Position numbers and translations under genes: made by a program. A DNA stretch of 64,000 nucleotides, from positions 7,189 through 71,188 of IMG/VR virus record IMGVR_UViG_3300010373_000043. One strand, 5' to 3'. Below are positions 30,101 to 40,595 of this stretch, in pieces. How positions within the stretch are numbered: the stretch's first letter is position 1; every line of letters begins with the position of its first letter. The notes under the pieces were generated by a model. It did not search any database. It worked only from the letters and a program-made list of their open reading frames with translations, and had not been told where the DNA came from. Source of the DNA: a virus.

Positions 30101-32793
30101 CGACATCACCGACGTATGGCGTGACCAACGACTTCGTCGACGCTGACAACGGCAATGCATCACTCGCCGCAGCATTCGGCCTTGACTATTCGTTCGACGA
30201 CTTCGCTGTGTTCATGGCCGCTCGTGGCAAGACGATGGCTGCTGATGCAAATCGTGCAGTGCTGTGGCGCTATTATCGTCTCGGGCCTGACGGTAATAAT
30301 GCGCAGGTTCGCTACAGCGTTCCTCAATCATCGAATCAGCCTGTATCGGTCGTAGTCTCGAACAACGCAGATACCACGACTGAAGTCAGCATCACGCTCG
30401 CATCAGGTGCCGATCGCACGCTCACCAATATCCGCGGCACGACTCGTGTTGGTTGGATTGTTCCGACAAATGCAGCAGGCATGGGCGACGCTACGTACAT
30501 CGTCGGCATGTCGATCGCTTCGGGTACTCGCGCTGCAAACACTCCGACACTCACTGTGACACTGCCTACGGGCTGCCTCGATCACGGTTGGAACGTTGCG
30601 GACGTGATTTACGTAAACAGCACTGACATTAATTATCCGTCAGGTGCGTACGCAATCACCGCACGTACTGCTACGACTATCACGTATTCAGATGCTAGTG
30701 CTTCAGTCGCAGCGTTCTCGGGCTCGGGCACAGTCAGCTTTGACAGTGCAGGCGAAGCCTCACTGGCTGGCGGTTCGGTCGTTGTTTCGGACTATATGTT
30801 CATCAATGGTCCGCAGCAACCGTTCGGCAGCTTCATTCCGCCGATCTATATCACCAACGTCAACAATCAAGACTGGTCAGGCTCGATCCCGTTCTCTGGC
30901 TCAGCTCTAACGACTGTTGAATGGGGCGTTCCGCTTGGCGCATCGACCAACTTCCGTATCTTCGCAAACGCAGAACAAACGGCTGCTGCAATCGTCTCTG
31001 CTGTAGCTGCGCTCGACAATCCGATCGTCACTGGCACTCTCGTCAGCACTGGTACGGGCATTATCGATCGCAGCTCTGAGGAAGATGCGGCAGCTTCGCC
31101 TGCATGGACGAACTTGGTTGACGGTATCAATTACGTCAAGACCACGACCGCTCCTGGTTCAATCGCTGGCAACTACACGATCGTCTTCAAGAACCAAATC
31201 GATTCATCGCTCGTAACCAATAGCGATTGGATCAACGAAATCATCCGCGTTGTGCCTCGTACGACCGAGAATGTCGTCGAATGGTTCAACACGCTTGCTG
31301 TCACTGGCTTGTCGTCGGTGGCTGATATTGAGGCATCGAGCGCAGGCACGAAGGTGCAGCTCAGCTCATTGCTTCCTGGGTCGACTGGCTCAATCCAGGT
31401 TCAGGGTGGTGGTGCAAACGCTGCCTCAGCTCAGGTTTTGGGCACAGCAGCTCAGTCACACAACCTTTTGCTCTTGAGCGTTCCGGCTGCAAATACACTA
31501 GCGCTCTACGCTGGTATGTGGGTGAACATCGACAACGAGAACGTCATGCCGAAGAGCGGCGTGTTCGATGCGGGCACCAACCTCACTTCGTTGTCAACGC
31601 TCGGTGTGTTCACCTTTAACGGCGCCGGCACCAAGGTCGTCACGCAGCGCTCGGCCACGAGCAACGTCGGTCTCAAGTTTGAGAAGCAGGGCGATTTCGT
31701 CTGCATCAGCGATACAACTTTCGGCACGAATGATTGGGTATTGCGTAGCGGTGGTCCGTTCTTCACGCCTCTCGTGAAGGAAGGCGATTGGATTAACCTC
31801 ACGTTGCCGGCCGCTCCTACTTCAATGCCGCAAATTGGAGACGCCAACACCGGTCTCTACCGCGTTGTGCACGTGACTGCTCCTGGCTGGGGTTCAAGCC
31901 CTGGTAGTGTGTGGATCGAGAATCCTAACTTCGAGCCGCAGAACGTTGCTGAGTGTGACGTAGTATTTGTTTCGCCTAATTCAGTATTGCCGGGCGATAC
32001 GATCCAAATCTCGACCAACTTGTGGAACATTAACAACCTCGGCTCATGGACCGTCACTGACGTTCCTGGCTTGACTGTTGGTGGCTCGCTCTACGAATTC
32101 ACTGTCGACGTCTCACAACGTACGCCGGTAGCTGTTGGTGCTGTTGGTGCTCTTGGTTCAACAGACGCAAACCTCGTGCAGGACATCGAGGCGCATCCTT
32201 CGCACTTCGTCAAGAAGATCGTATCAATCGCTCAGAACGCTACAAATCCATCGCTTGCCGATTTGAAGTTTTCGGCACCGCAAGGAAGCGAATGGATCAC
32301 GGCAGCCGCGGGCTCGATCATTACTGCACGCGACAAGCTCGCATTCAGTGGTGACGTTGCAAACGGCATCGACGGCTACCAGTACAACACGGGCCTCATC
32401 AAGGCGACGAACCAAGTCGAGTACGGCGATCCGGCTGACAGTGGTGCATTCCCTGGTGTGGTCGCTGCTGGTGCGAACATCAACATCGAAGGTGCTCCTA
32501 TCAAGCGCATTCAGGTGTCAATTGCATTGCGTGCACGCTCAGGCGCGAATACCGACTTGATCACTCAGTCGGCCAAGTCGAGCGTCGCAGCTATCATCAA
32601 CAAGACGGGCGTCGGTCAGCCGATTGCGTTGATTGACATCGCAACCGCAGCGAAGGTTCCGGGCGTAATTAGCGTCATCATGCTCAGCCCGCAAATGATC
32701 ACTGGTTCAGACTTGATCAACGTGCAGCCGTTTGAGAAGCCGCTCGTCCTCAATCTCGACCAAGATATCCTAATCTCCTTCGTCGGAGACTAA
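27154..32793 (+). CDS. Giant baseplate J-like wedge protein (1879 aa)
   Basis: N-terminal LDNASG.ALD..G, IPAGTVV, G..GNV, GT..EDD..YRERI, GT..AI J-family motifs; J-like C-terminus. Confidence 0.85.
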   Translation: MATIPVPRSYSQIIGDMIDAFLSRFGLRSLKVGSPVLSILESVAQSQLRSSEDIFTLLEAQSLDNASGDALDRIGADESTPRIPQNPASGTVTITDSSFTKVASKIFQGTPAPIVGSTSINVVDASLYPNTGSVYLGRNTPQFEGPLAYTSKTNNGTYWTLALSTPTLRFHNQGEGVVLAQGGDRQIPAGTVVQTPQGNTAAAVQFKTLFNSTIPDGETSITGVLVVAIVPGISGNVAALAINGWGSGNGPFTGAQVSNPLPLTNGTSVEDDDTYRERIRQATQSRTKGTALAIQTFAVGVTSSDENKRVLSASVVTRQGYPTTLYIDDGTGYEMRAQGVAIESLIDSALGGEQYFKVSQRPIAKAYIQSLNAAPYVLASGMKLSFAVDGVVTEHTFDVDGFRNITNATAYEVVASINADTTLNWQARTAGSGTLVVVTAKADTNESIQLQTVTDGDDANSALLFPAGRVDTMRLYLDDRLLSKDGRTAEALSKPIAEWATMTSPQSLVVKVDGIQLSFDAAQFPKFTDQDFIDANTGFTTLGRNTLDAWAKVFNYRIPGITASVEAGVLVVASNRQHSANGKVQIVSGDLVSNHMFDTQVSLGANSDYTLNRNTGELALQTPLTVGQKLSAGSTQTRAFLQSPSISTLNLAAQANLWLAMDADAAVIPTGVNNGTPLTFTATATAYGFLIKCDAGTAVFQNLLAGDWVVFWDSALGALTGSYRVSAVDTGFQYFYFEKNTTYSGGPITLTSNGIQFCRTSTDLPLQHDTISSGSLYTATSLANALDEELVGALATTYRTNILRVRTNTFSDVNGDIALVAADVEAQKLGLPVANATKNLTGHMASIESGNSLVGTPDFHLARYVTNGGTQDDIVIERLPNEIPDTGLTLYGLRNDDLGLTPLTDTAWGSQFGFTTTLKDAFANASNWEMDIRSTPEQRWMVTDRMMFANGFMLSPSDQFGVLVDGDVTLKRFSIPMWRTFKPTSPTYGVTNDFVDADNGNASLAAAFGLDYSFDDFAVFMAARGKTMAADANRAVLWRYYRLGPDGNNAQVRYSVPQSSNQPVSVVVSNNADTTTEVSITLASGADRTLTNIRGTTRVGWIVPTNAAGMGDATYIVGMSIASGTRAANTPTLTVTLPTGCLDHGWNVADVIYVNSTDINYPSGAYAITARTATTITYSDASASVAAFSGSGTVSFDSAGEASLAGGSVVVSDYMFINGPQQPFGSFIPPIYITNVNNQDWSGSIPFSGSALTTVEWGVPLGASTNFRIFANAEQTAAAIVSAVAALDNPIVTGTLVSTGTGIIDRSSEEDAAASPAWTNLVDGINYVKTTTAPGSIAGNYTIVFKNQIDSSLVTNSDWINEIIRVVPRTTENVVEWFNTLAVTGLSSVADIEASSAGTKVQLSSLLPGSTGSIQVQGGGANAASAQVLGTAAQSHNLLLLSVPAANTLALYAGMWVNIDNENVMPKSGVFDAGTNLTSLSTLGVFTFNGAGTKVVTQRSATSNVGLKFEKQGDFVCISDTTFGTNDWVLRSGGPFFTPLVKEGDWINLTLPAAPTSMPQIGDANTGLYRVVHVTAPGWGSSPGSVWIENPNFEPQNVAECDVVFVSPNSVLPGDTIQISTNLWNINNLGSWTVTDVPGLTVGGSLYEFTVDVSQRTPVAVGAVGALGSTDANLVQDIEAHPSHFVKKIVSIAQNATNPSLADLKFSAPQGSEWITAAAGSIITARDKLAFSGDVANGIDGYQYNTGLIKATNQVEYGDPADSGAFPGVVAAGANINIEGAPIKRIQVSIALRARSGANTDLITQSAKSSVAAIINKTGVGQPIALIDIATAAKVPGVISVIMLSPQMITGSDLINVQPFEKPLVLNLDQDILISFVGD

Positions 32794-32799
32794 TCCCAA

Positions 32800-34578
32800 A
32801 TGGCATTGATTGATCTGGAACTGCCCCTTAGCGGAGGCGGTGGTCCGACTTTGTCGGGCGGTATGCAGTTCAAGACTGCTGGCAGCGGTTTGCCCAATCG
32901 CATTACGGTACAGGATGATGCTGTCGTAGCTCCTGCCTTCGTTTCGTCAATCGGTTCAATTATGATCGATCCAGACGGCGCGCATTTCTGGCTGTCTGAT
33001 TACACAGGCATATGCACTAAGTACCTATTGGCTGATGCCTCAAATACGGGCATCACGACTCCGGCTGGTGCAATGGGTATCTTTGCGTACGATGGCAGTG
33101 TGTTCTACGCAGGCGATTACAGCAACGAAGCGGTAGTCGAATACAACTACGACGGTACAGTCAGTCGCAGCATGGATATGAGCGCTGATCCGTCGTATCC
33201 GCGTCCCATGTCGGTCGTCCGTGCATCGGCCAGCGATCTCGTTTGGATTGTCAATTACCCAAGCAGCATTCCTGCTGAATACAACTTTCCTGCTGCTACA
33301 GCTACGGGCCGCACGCTACCAAGCAGCGCGGATATGATTTTTGCTCGCAATGGCTTCTTGTATTCTATTGACGGTAACAATGTAACGAAGTACGACGAAG
33401 CCACGCTGACGCTGCAAGAGACTTGGACCTTTATTCAGGACAATGCAACTTGGCCGGGCCATACGTTTCCTGGATACGTTCTCGACTTCTACGTAGATAG
33501 TACCGATCATCCTATCGTCTACAACGCCCTTGCATTCTGGATTGATCGCCTCGTGGTTTCTCCAGGCGCGTCGATTGGTCCTGATATGGTCGACAAGCGT
33601 CTCGTCTATCAGCAGCCCCAATTGGGCGGCTCTGGTTTGCAGGACTCAAATCCGACTCCTGGTATTGCGGTCAACGACAAGTACGCTGTATTCGTGAGTA
33701 CGACAGGTGCAGGAGCGAATAGCTTCTGCGCTGTCGTCAAGAACCTCTTCGGTACTCAGCGCGCTCGTTGGAACAAGAGCTTCCCGCAAGGCGGAACGAT
33801 TGAGCGCATTGCTGTTCCCGGCAACTACGTCGGTGATAAGGGCTCGACCTACGATCTACGCAAGACCAAGTTCTATTGGTCGATCGATGGTGGCGGATCA
33901 CGTACTGAATTTCTTCCGGGCGATAACCTAAATATCGCAGTGCCTTCTGGTGGCACGCTCACCTTCGACGTCGACATGATCGAAGGCGACGGTCAAGCTA
34001 CCAATCCTCCGTATATTGGTGGTACAGCAGGCGAGGGACCGCGTGTCATCTATGATGATGGTACCAGCGGCTCATTCGTCGCTACTTCATGTACAGGTTC
34101 TGCTAGCAAGGTAACCGTAGCGTTCAACATGGCTCCGACAGCACTGACGGGTCCTGCTGCGGCACCTTCGAATTGGACGATCACTGTTCCTAATTCAGTT
34201 CAAGTCACTGCCGTTAATATCGTTGGATCTACCATCGAATTGACCACTACGAACCAGACTCAAGGCGGCTCTTATACGCTCAATATTCCGGTTGGTATTA
34301 TGTCAGGTTCGAACGGCTTCCTTGGACCGTACTCGATGGACTTCACCGGGGTAGCGAGCATTCCTGCTCTGCAATTCGCCAGATCACTCGATGAATTCAC
34401 TGTCGATGTCACGTTCACCTTCGCACCGAATGAATCGGATGCTCTCGACGTAACGAATTGGGGCATCACTCCTCCGATCACCATCTTCAGCGTCACCAAG
34501 ATCACTGATTTGAATTACCGTCTCACGACCTCGTCGCAGACGATCGGTCAATCGTACACACTCTCGTGGACGCCGTAA
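32800..34578 (+). CDS. Virion protein: beta-propeller plus Ig-like domains
   Basis: YncE/NHL-like repeats, then Ig-like beta-sandwich repeats. Confidence 0.55.
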   Translation: MALIDLELPLSGGGGPTLSGGMQFKTAGSGLPNRITVQDDAVVAPAFVSSIGSIMIDPDGAHFWLSDYTGICTKYLLADASNTGITTPAGAMGIFAYDGSVFYAGDYSNEAVVEYNYDGTVSRSMDMSADPSYPRPMSVVRASASDLVWIVNYPSSIPAEYNFPAATATGRTLPSSADMIFARNGFLYSIDGNNVTKYDEATLTLQETWTFIQDNATWPGHTFPGYVLDFYVDSTDHPIVYNALAFWIDRLVVSPGASIGPDMVDKRLVYQQPQLGGSGLQDSNPTPGIAVNDKYAVFVSTTGAGANSFCAVVKNLFGTQRARWNKSFPQGGTIERIAVPGNYVGDKGSTYDLRKTKFYWSIDGGGSRTEFLPGDNLNIAVPSGGTLTFDVDMIEGDGQATNPPYIGGTAGEGPRVIYDDGTSGSFVATSCTGSASKVTVAFNMAPTALTGPAAAPSNWTITVPNSVQVTAVNIVGSTIELTTTNQTQGGSYTLNIPVGIMSGSNGFLGPYSMDFTGVASIPALQFARSLDEFTVDVTFTFAPNESDALDVTNWGITPPITIFSVTKITDLNYRLTTSSQTIGQSYTLSWTP

Positions 34579-34593
34579 TCTTCTAGCTATCCC

Positions 34594-37500
34594 ATGTCTG
34601 TCGTATTCGTAGGTATTGCTCTAGAACTAGAGAGCGTCGAGCAGGTTGCACTTGCTACGCTACGAGTACGTTTTACGCAGATCCCGTTGCAGGCATCTCC
34701 GACGGGAGCACACGATGCGTTGAACCCGGCTAACTGGACTCTCGCTGGTCCTGGGCCTGGAATGGTCGTTAGCTGTGTCACCACAGGCGATCCGCAGAAC
34801 ATCGATCTCATCCTCGCGGGTCCTCTAGCGGTAGGCATGTGGAGCGTCATCGGCTCTACGAATATCCAGACAGCAACGTCGAGCCCGCTGACTGATCCTC
34901 GCATCCTCAACTTTAACGTCACCACGTCTGGCTCAATCGAGCCTGTCAACGCTGGCTCGTTGAATGACACCGATGCAGACGTTATTCGCAAGCACCTCAA
35001 CGCAGCTCTCAAGGGCGATGGTTGGGACGCTCTGATCGCAGCGGTAGCGACTGGTGAAAAGACAAATCGCGAGAATGCTCAGCTAGCATTTGATCAGCTA
35101 TTCATCTCGACCGCTAGCGGCTTGTACCTCGACCGCGAAGCATCAGACGCAGGCATTGAGCGTCCCATCAATATGGGTATGTCAGACGACACATTCCGTC
35201 TGTACACGATTCGTCTCACCAACAACAAGCTCACTGAAGAATCATTCCTCGAAATCCTCGAAGTGTTCTATGGCGACTCGTCGCTGCGTGCGTCGGACAG
35301 CTCAGCTCAGTCAGAGCCGTACTTCCTGAATGATGGTGACGATCTCTCGATCTTGATTGACGAGGAAGTCGAAGTGCCCGTCGTGTTCAGCACGAAGGAC
35401 TTCGCAATCATCAGCCAAGCTAAGGCTGTCGAGATCGCTGCCGCAATCACTCGCTATTGCCGTCTGGCCGGTTCGTTGGCTTATGCTGCGCCGGTTGTAG
35501 ATCCGACTACTGGCGAAACGACTGTTCAAATTTTTTCGGGAGCACTTGGTCTAAGCTCGTCAGTGCGTGTGCAGGGAGGCAAGGCGCAGAACGTCTTGCA
35601 GTTCTCTACGCTATTGCCGATCTACACTGGTCCGAGCGCAACACCGACGTGGAACATCACTGCCGATGTGGCCGCAGGTACGATGCGTTTTACTACGACA
35701 TCGAACGCGGTCGATCTCTCGCAGCTCCAAGAAGGCGACTATGTCAACATCTTTGGATCTGAATTCAACGTTGCAAACCGCGGATCATTTACCGTCACCG
35801 CTGTGTCGGTAACGTATCCTTCGGGCACGCTCACACAGTACTTCGAAGTTGAGAATCGCTCAGCGGTCCAACAGCTCGCTCTCGTGCAAACGCTCCAAGG
35901 CGATCTGCTGTATTTCCGTCCTACGAAGAATACGATTCACACAACATCGTCGCGTGCAGTCATCGTTTCGGTTCCTGGCGATCGTGTTGACGTTGTGTTG
36001 CCTGCGACCTCGCAGGCTGTGTCACGCTCAGAGCTGAGCGGTGCATATGCACAAGGCCAATCTCTTGTCGATGTCACATCGCTAGAACGTGTAGATGGTG
36101 TTGTTACCGCTATAGCTCCGTCACATGACTTCTTGGTTGGCGACACCGTCTATATCGAAGGCGCACGTCCTGTATTGGGCTTGCCTACGAAGGTGGCTGG
36201 AGATGGCAACCTCACGACCGACTATTCGCACGTTTCAGTTTCTTCGCTGATCTCTGCAACGAACGGCAATCAGGTTCGTCGCATGCCTCACGTCTGCAAC
36301 CTCGGCGATGGTTCGATCGCTGTAGCTGGTGGTATTCAGGCTGCCGCTACGCCGAACCAACACCACGAAGTTTTGCAGTATGGCTCGGCCGCGACTCTCG
36401 CTGGCGGTGTTCAATACACGCTGGTGAAACCGGCTATTGGTGGTGACACTGGAGCGACCTTCGCGTTCATGGGCTTCATGCAAATGACCGGAGCGATCCG
36501 CAATGGGCAAGCCATCCAGATCGGCGGCACGGATTTCACGTCACCGGGCAATAGCGACTCAACTCGTTTCATTCTTCCTGGTGGCTCTGTCGATTCAGGC
36601 AGCAACCTCGCATTCGCTGTAGCGGCTCCTGGCATCGGCGAATTGAACAACGGGAAGATTCTTGCATTCGGTGGCCAAGCTGTTCCCGCTGGGCCTGCCG
36701 TTGCTACGTCGCAAATCTACGATCCTCTCGCAAATACATGGACCGCGGATGCAAATATGGTTACCGGTCGTTTGCAGGCAAGCACCGTACATATTCCCGA
36801 CACTGGATTGATTGGTGAGATCTTTATGGTCACCGGTGGGCGCACGCTCGCAACAGGTGATCTTGACTTCACCGACAACACCGACATGGGCCCGATCCTC
36901 AACGATGTCGAATTCTATTTGCCGGGCACTCCTGCTTGGGCACGTTCGAACATCGAAATGCAGTACGCTCGTTTCGGTCATCAATCGTTCTACGTTGGTG
37001 ATGGTTTCAATGTCATCGTTATGGGCGGTTGGGGCTACGACACACTCCAGACCAGCATCACACCCGAGCTGCTCAACACATGTGAAATGGTCACTCTGAA
37101 TGGCGTCATTCAGTTGCCGTCAATGAAGCACGGTCGTGCGTTCTTCGCTGCCGTTCAATTCGGCCGCAAGATCTACGTCGCTGGTGGCAATCCTGATACG
37201 ACGGACATTGAGATCTTCGATCTCGATACGTTCACGTGGTCAATCTCTATTGCGAAGCTCGACGTCGCTATGGAGCAAACAGCGGGCGCAGCCCTCACTG
37301 ACAATCTGTTCGTTGTGGCGTGCGGCTATGCTTCGCAAGCTGCTACTGAGGATTCTCACTATCGTGTCATCTCACTCTCTTCTGAGTCATCGATCAGCGG
37401 TGGCTTGAACGGCACGCACAAGATCACTGCGGTCATCGACGGCAACACATTCCAGTACGAAACCGTCGAGCAGGACTACGTCAAGACAGGCGCGTGCACA

Positions 37501-38055
37501 GCTCAAAATGAAGCTGCGGCTCCTGGAGAATTCCCTGGTCCGTTCTCGTTCGACATCGATGGTGGCATTCCTGTCACTGACATTGAGTCAGATCTGACGA
37601 TGGATCTCGACGCTGGTCTGCAATACGAATTCATTACCGTCACTGACGCGACGCAATTCCCGGATGAGGAAGGCTGGCTCGTGTTCGATTTCGGTTACCA
37701 GAACATGGTGTATCCGGTGAAGTACTTCGGTCGTTTGTCTACGACTGAGCTTGCCTTGGATTTCTCGTTCGTATTTCCGAAGACCGTGTTGAGCGGTGCA
37801 AAGGTTTGCTTGCTTCAACAGAAGTCTCCATGGGTACCCACTCAGCCTCAACTCGTAGGATCGTTCTACTTGACCGATTCGCCTTCGGGCCGCATCGGTG
37901 CAGAGCAAGCTATCAATGATGCAGCGGCAGCCGGCGTGGAAGTGGATATCACTGTCACGTATCCAGGTGATCGTGGCCTCGGCAATGAAGGCTCGCCTGA
38001 CACAGGCACGGGCAAGACATCAGACGTGGTCTGGATCTTCGGTGGAGATCAGTAA
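34594..38055 (+). CDS. Baseplate wedge (gpI-like) protein with Kelch repeats
   Basis: TASG.YLD....GI.RP...MSDD.FR; Kelch GG...YDP..NTW and IYVAGG..EIFD...TW. Confidence 0.7.
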   Translation: MSVVFVGIALELESVEQVALATLRVRFTQIPLQASPTGAHDALNPANWTLAGPGPGMVVSCVTTGDPQNIDLILAGPLAVGMWSVIGSTNIQTATSSPLTDPRILNFNVTTSGSIEPVNAGSLNDTDADVIRKHLNAALKGDGWDALIAAVATGEKTNRENAQLAFDQLFISTASGLYLDREASDAGIERPINMGMSDDTFRLYTIRLTNNKLTEESFLEILEVFYGDSSLRASDSSAQSEPYFLNDGDDLSILIDEEVEVPVVFSTKDFAIISQAKAVEIAAAITRYCRLAGSLAYAAPVVDPTTGETTVQIFSGALGLSSSVRVQGGKAQNVLQFSTLLPIYTGPSATPTWNITADVAAGTMRFTTTSNAVDLSQLQEGDYVNIFGSEFNVANRGSFTVTAVSVTYPSGTLTQYFEVENRSAVQQLALVQTLQGDLLYFRPTKNTIHTTSSRAVIVSVPGDRVDVVLPATSQAVSRSELSGAYAQGQSLVDVTSLERVDGVVTAIAPSHDFLVGDTVYIEGARPVLGLPTKVAGDGNLTTDYSHVSVSSLISATNGNQVRRMPHVCNLGDGSIAVAGGIQAAATPNQHHEVLQYGSAATLAGGVQYTLVKPAIGGDTGATFAFMGFMQMTGAIRNGQAIQIGGTDFTSPGNSDSTRFILPGGSVDSGSNLAFAVAAPGIGELNNGKILAFGGQAVPAGPAVATSQIYDPLANTWTADANMVTGRLQASTVHIPDTGLIGEIFMVTGGRTLATGDLDFTDNTDMGPILNDVEFYLPGTPAWARSNIEMQYARFGHQSFYVGDGFNVIVMGGWGYDTLQTSITPELLNTCEMVTLNGVIQLPSMKHGRAFFAAVQFGRKIYVAGGNPDTTDIEIFDLDTFTWSISIAKLDVAMEQTAGAALTDNLFVVACGYASQAATEDSHYRVISLSSESSISGGLNGTHKITAVIDGNTFQYETVEQDYVKTGACTAQNEAAAPGEFPGPFSFDIDGGIPVTDIESDLTMDLDAGLQYEFITVTDATQFPDEEGWLVFDFGYQNMVYPVKYFGRLSTTELALDFSFVFPKTVLSGAKVCLLQQKSPWVPTQPQLVGSFYLTDSPSGRIGAEQAINDAAAAGVEVDITVTYPGDRGLGNEGSPDTGTGKTSDVVWIFGGDQ

Positions 38056-38477
38056 TGGCACGTCCACGTCTACTTGTTGCAGCTCGAATTTTGGTCATTA
38101 TCAATGGCCAGCAATACGGTCGTTGCGCTGGCATCCAATGGACCAGCTCGACACCGAAGAAGAAGGCACGCTCAGTCGATTCGCCTCTTGTGCAGGAGTA
38201 CATGCCCACGACTCTCGAAGTCACAGGCACGATGACGGTATATCGTATGATCGCTGATGGCGGTCTCGAAGGTGCTGGCATCCAGGCTCCTCAAATCCAA
38301 CAGTCACGCGAAAAGTACATCACGATTCAGCTCGTGGAGCGCGAGACCGATACAACCATTCTTCAGATCAACCAAGCCACGATTGAAGGGCAATCGTGGA
38401 ACGCTGTAGCGAAGGGCCTCCTAATGGGCTCGTTCAGTTTCAGCGGAGTCATTTTCACAAACGAAGCCGACGTATAA
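38055..38477 (+). CDS. Tail tube-like protein
   Basis: 140 aa beta-rich, tube-like pattern, within the baseplate module. Confidence 0.5.
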   Translation: MARPRLLVAARILVIINGQQYGRCAGIQWTSSTPKKKARSVDSPLVQEYMPTTLEVTGTMTVYRMIADGGLEGAGIQAPQIQQSREKYITIQLVERETDTTILQINQATIEGQSWNAVAKGLLMGSFSFSGVIFTNEADV

Positions 38478-38507
38478 CGGCAATCTTCTCAAACAGGTAA
38501 TCCCACA

Positions 38508-40595
38508 ATGAGCGTTCTTCGTCAGCAAAACTGGCTCGGTCAGCAGCGTGTCGATATTCCGCACATCCGTGCAATCGAGTCGTCGATCTGCGCAGACTTC
38601 GATGTGCTCGCTGGTCGTATCATGGCTGGCGATACGCCGATGGTTGTCACGGGCTTCGATGCAGTCACCGTTGGTATGACGGGTCAACCTGCGTCGACGA
38701 TGCAGCTCGTTGTCGCAAATGCTGTCGTCATGCATCCGCGTGCAACGGAGGCAGGTACCATCTTCTTCGTTCCTGCCGATCGTCCGGTGGAAGTGCTCAA
38801 CTCCGTCACGAATCCTCGTGTGGAAGGCGGCTTCACTGCGAACACAGTGAACTACGTTGGTATCGATCTCGTCCGCAGCGCGGATGCGACGACATCTGAC
38901 TTGGTGCAATTCCTCAATCCTCGTACGAATGCGGAAACACCGAAGGACGTTCCTCTCGGCCGCACACTCGATTACGTCATCACTGTCACGACGCAAGACT
39001 TCTCGACGACGCCGGGCATTTGTCCAATTGCGATCGTCACGACCGACTCGTCGAATAACGTCGTTTCGAATGGTATCGTTGACGCACGCGAGCTGTTCTA
39101 TCGCCTCGGCTCGGGCGGCTCTGTTCCGAACGTCAACTATACTTATCCGTGGCCGGCTGGTCGCACTGAAAACGACAACGGCACCGACTATGGTGTAGCC
39201 GACAAGGCGATTACCAATATGAAGGATTGGGCAGACGCAGTCATGACGCGTCTGTGGGAGATCGGTGGCGGTCTCCATTGGTACACGCCGACGAACATCA
39301 TCAACATCACGATGACTCGTTCGGGGTCGACGTTCACCAACGGACAGAACTTCGAATGGGACGGCACCAACCTCCATTGGAAGGGCCTCAATATTCTGTT
39401 CGACAACACGCCGGGATGGCAGAACACTGTCATCGACGTCACTGTCGACACTCCAGGCTTGACTGACCTTGCAGCAGGCGATTGCATCTACGTCGATCTC
39501 GATCGCACGATGAATGCAAACCTGAACGCTGCGAAGGCCCCTCTTGCTACGCTCGGCTCACCGCTGATCCCTGGCTCGCGTATCGTCATCGCGTGGAGAT
39601 TCGGCGCAAGCATCTTTACGCGTGGTAGCGATTACGCCGTAGGTACGACGTTCGCCGTCGCTACGACGACGTCTGTTGGTCTCGTGCAGCTCCAGCGCAC
39701 TCCTGGCAATCCTGCTGCGCCGGTTGTGTTCAATCCTGACTCAAGCGGTAAGCTGCTTGTTCAGGCAACAAGCACAGCGATCCAGGCTGTTCGTACAGAT
39801 CTATCTACGAACAACGGCATGATGCTCGTACAAGACGGCAACAACCAGAACCGTTTCTTGATCGATCGCAACGGCTACATGATGGGCCGCAACGGTCGCT
39901 TCTACGAAGACTGGACCGGCGTCGCCCTCACCGGCATCAACAACAACATAACGCAGTCGCCGATGACCGGCACCATCCAGTGGAAGGCGCAAACCGCAGC
40001 CGTCGCTTCGTCGATCATCGACTTTGGTCGTAGCGACACTGGCGAGTACAACGGTGCATCAGTCAATCTGAGCGTCGGTAACGCAAACCAAGTCACGCAC
40101 CTTGAAACAGGCAATCTGTTTAACGTTACCAGCACGGGCTTCACTCCGCTCGTGGCGACGTTCCAAGGTGATATGTCGTTCAACACCGGTCACGCTTCGT
40201 GGGGCTTTGGTACAGGCGATCTTGTATCGGACAACGACTACGTTCGCTTCCGCTACGACGGCACGCAGTATCACATCGAGACGTGCAACAGCGGCACTCA
40301 GACGTCAGTCGCAACCGGCATCGCTGCCAACGCATTCTCTCGTCCTGATCGTCTGCGTATCGAGTGGTTTGGTTCGACTTCAGCTCAGGGCGTTGCAGCG
40401 GGCAATATCCCGATCGTATGGTTCTACATCAACGATCTGACTTACTCCGCAAGCATCAACACGAACATTCCTAACGGTGCGGACTTCTCGTTCCACATGA
40501 AGTTCATTATCTCGGTTGATAGCAACAACGCGTCGTGCAGCTTCGGGCCCATCGAAGGCGCCTGGAACATCTGGAACAATCCTCCGGGCCTCTAA
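38508..40595 (+). CDS. Tail fibre/baseplate-attachment protein
   Basis: MSVLRQQNWLGQQRVD N-terminus, ATTTSVGLVQL fibre repeat, lectin-like C-terminus. Confidence 0.65.
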   Translation: MSVLRQQNWLGQQRVDIPHIRAIESSICADFDVLAGRIMAGDTPMVVTGFDAVTVGMTGQPASTMQLVVANAVVMHPRATEAGTIFFVPADRPVEVLNSVTNPRVEGGFTANTVNYVGIDLVRSADATTSDLVQFLNPRTNAETPKDVPLGRTLDYVITVTTQDFSTTPGICPIAIVTTDSSNNVVSNGIVDARELFYRLGSGGSVPNVNYTYPWPAGRTENDNGTDYGVADKAITNMKDWADAVMTRLWEIGGGLHWYTPTNIINITMTRSGSTFTNGQNFEWDGTNLHWKGLNILFDNTPGWQNTVIDVTVDTPGLTDLAAGDCIYVDLDRTMNANLNAAKAPLATLGSPLIPGSRIVIAWRFGASIFTRGSDYAVGTTFAVATTTSVGLVQLQRTPGNPAAPVVFNPDSSGKLLVQATSTAIQAVRTDLSTNNGMMLVQDGNNQNRFLIDRNGYMMGRNGRFYEDWTGVALTGINNNITQSPMTGTIQWKAQTAAVASSIIDFGRSDTGEYNGASVNLSVGNANQVTHLETGNLFNVTSTGFTPLVATFQGDMSFNTGHASWGFGTGDLVSDNDYVRFRYDGTQYHIETCNSGTQTSVATGIAANAFSRPDRLRIEWFGSTSAQGVAAGNIPIVWFYINDLTYSASINTNIPNGADFSFHMKFIISVDSNNASCSFGPIEGAWNIWNNPPGL

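Noticed and set aside
27154-32793. Intein or intron explaining the giant J protein
   Set aside because: No Hint-type C/S...HN-C/S/T junctions or LAGLIDADG motifs noticed; the frame is continuous
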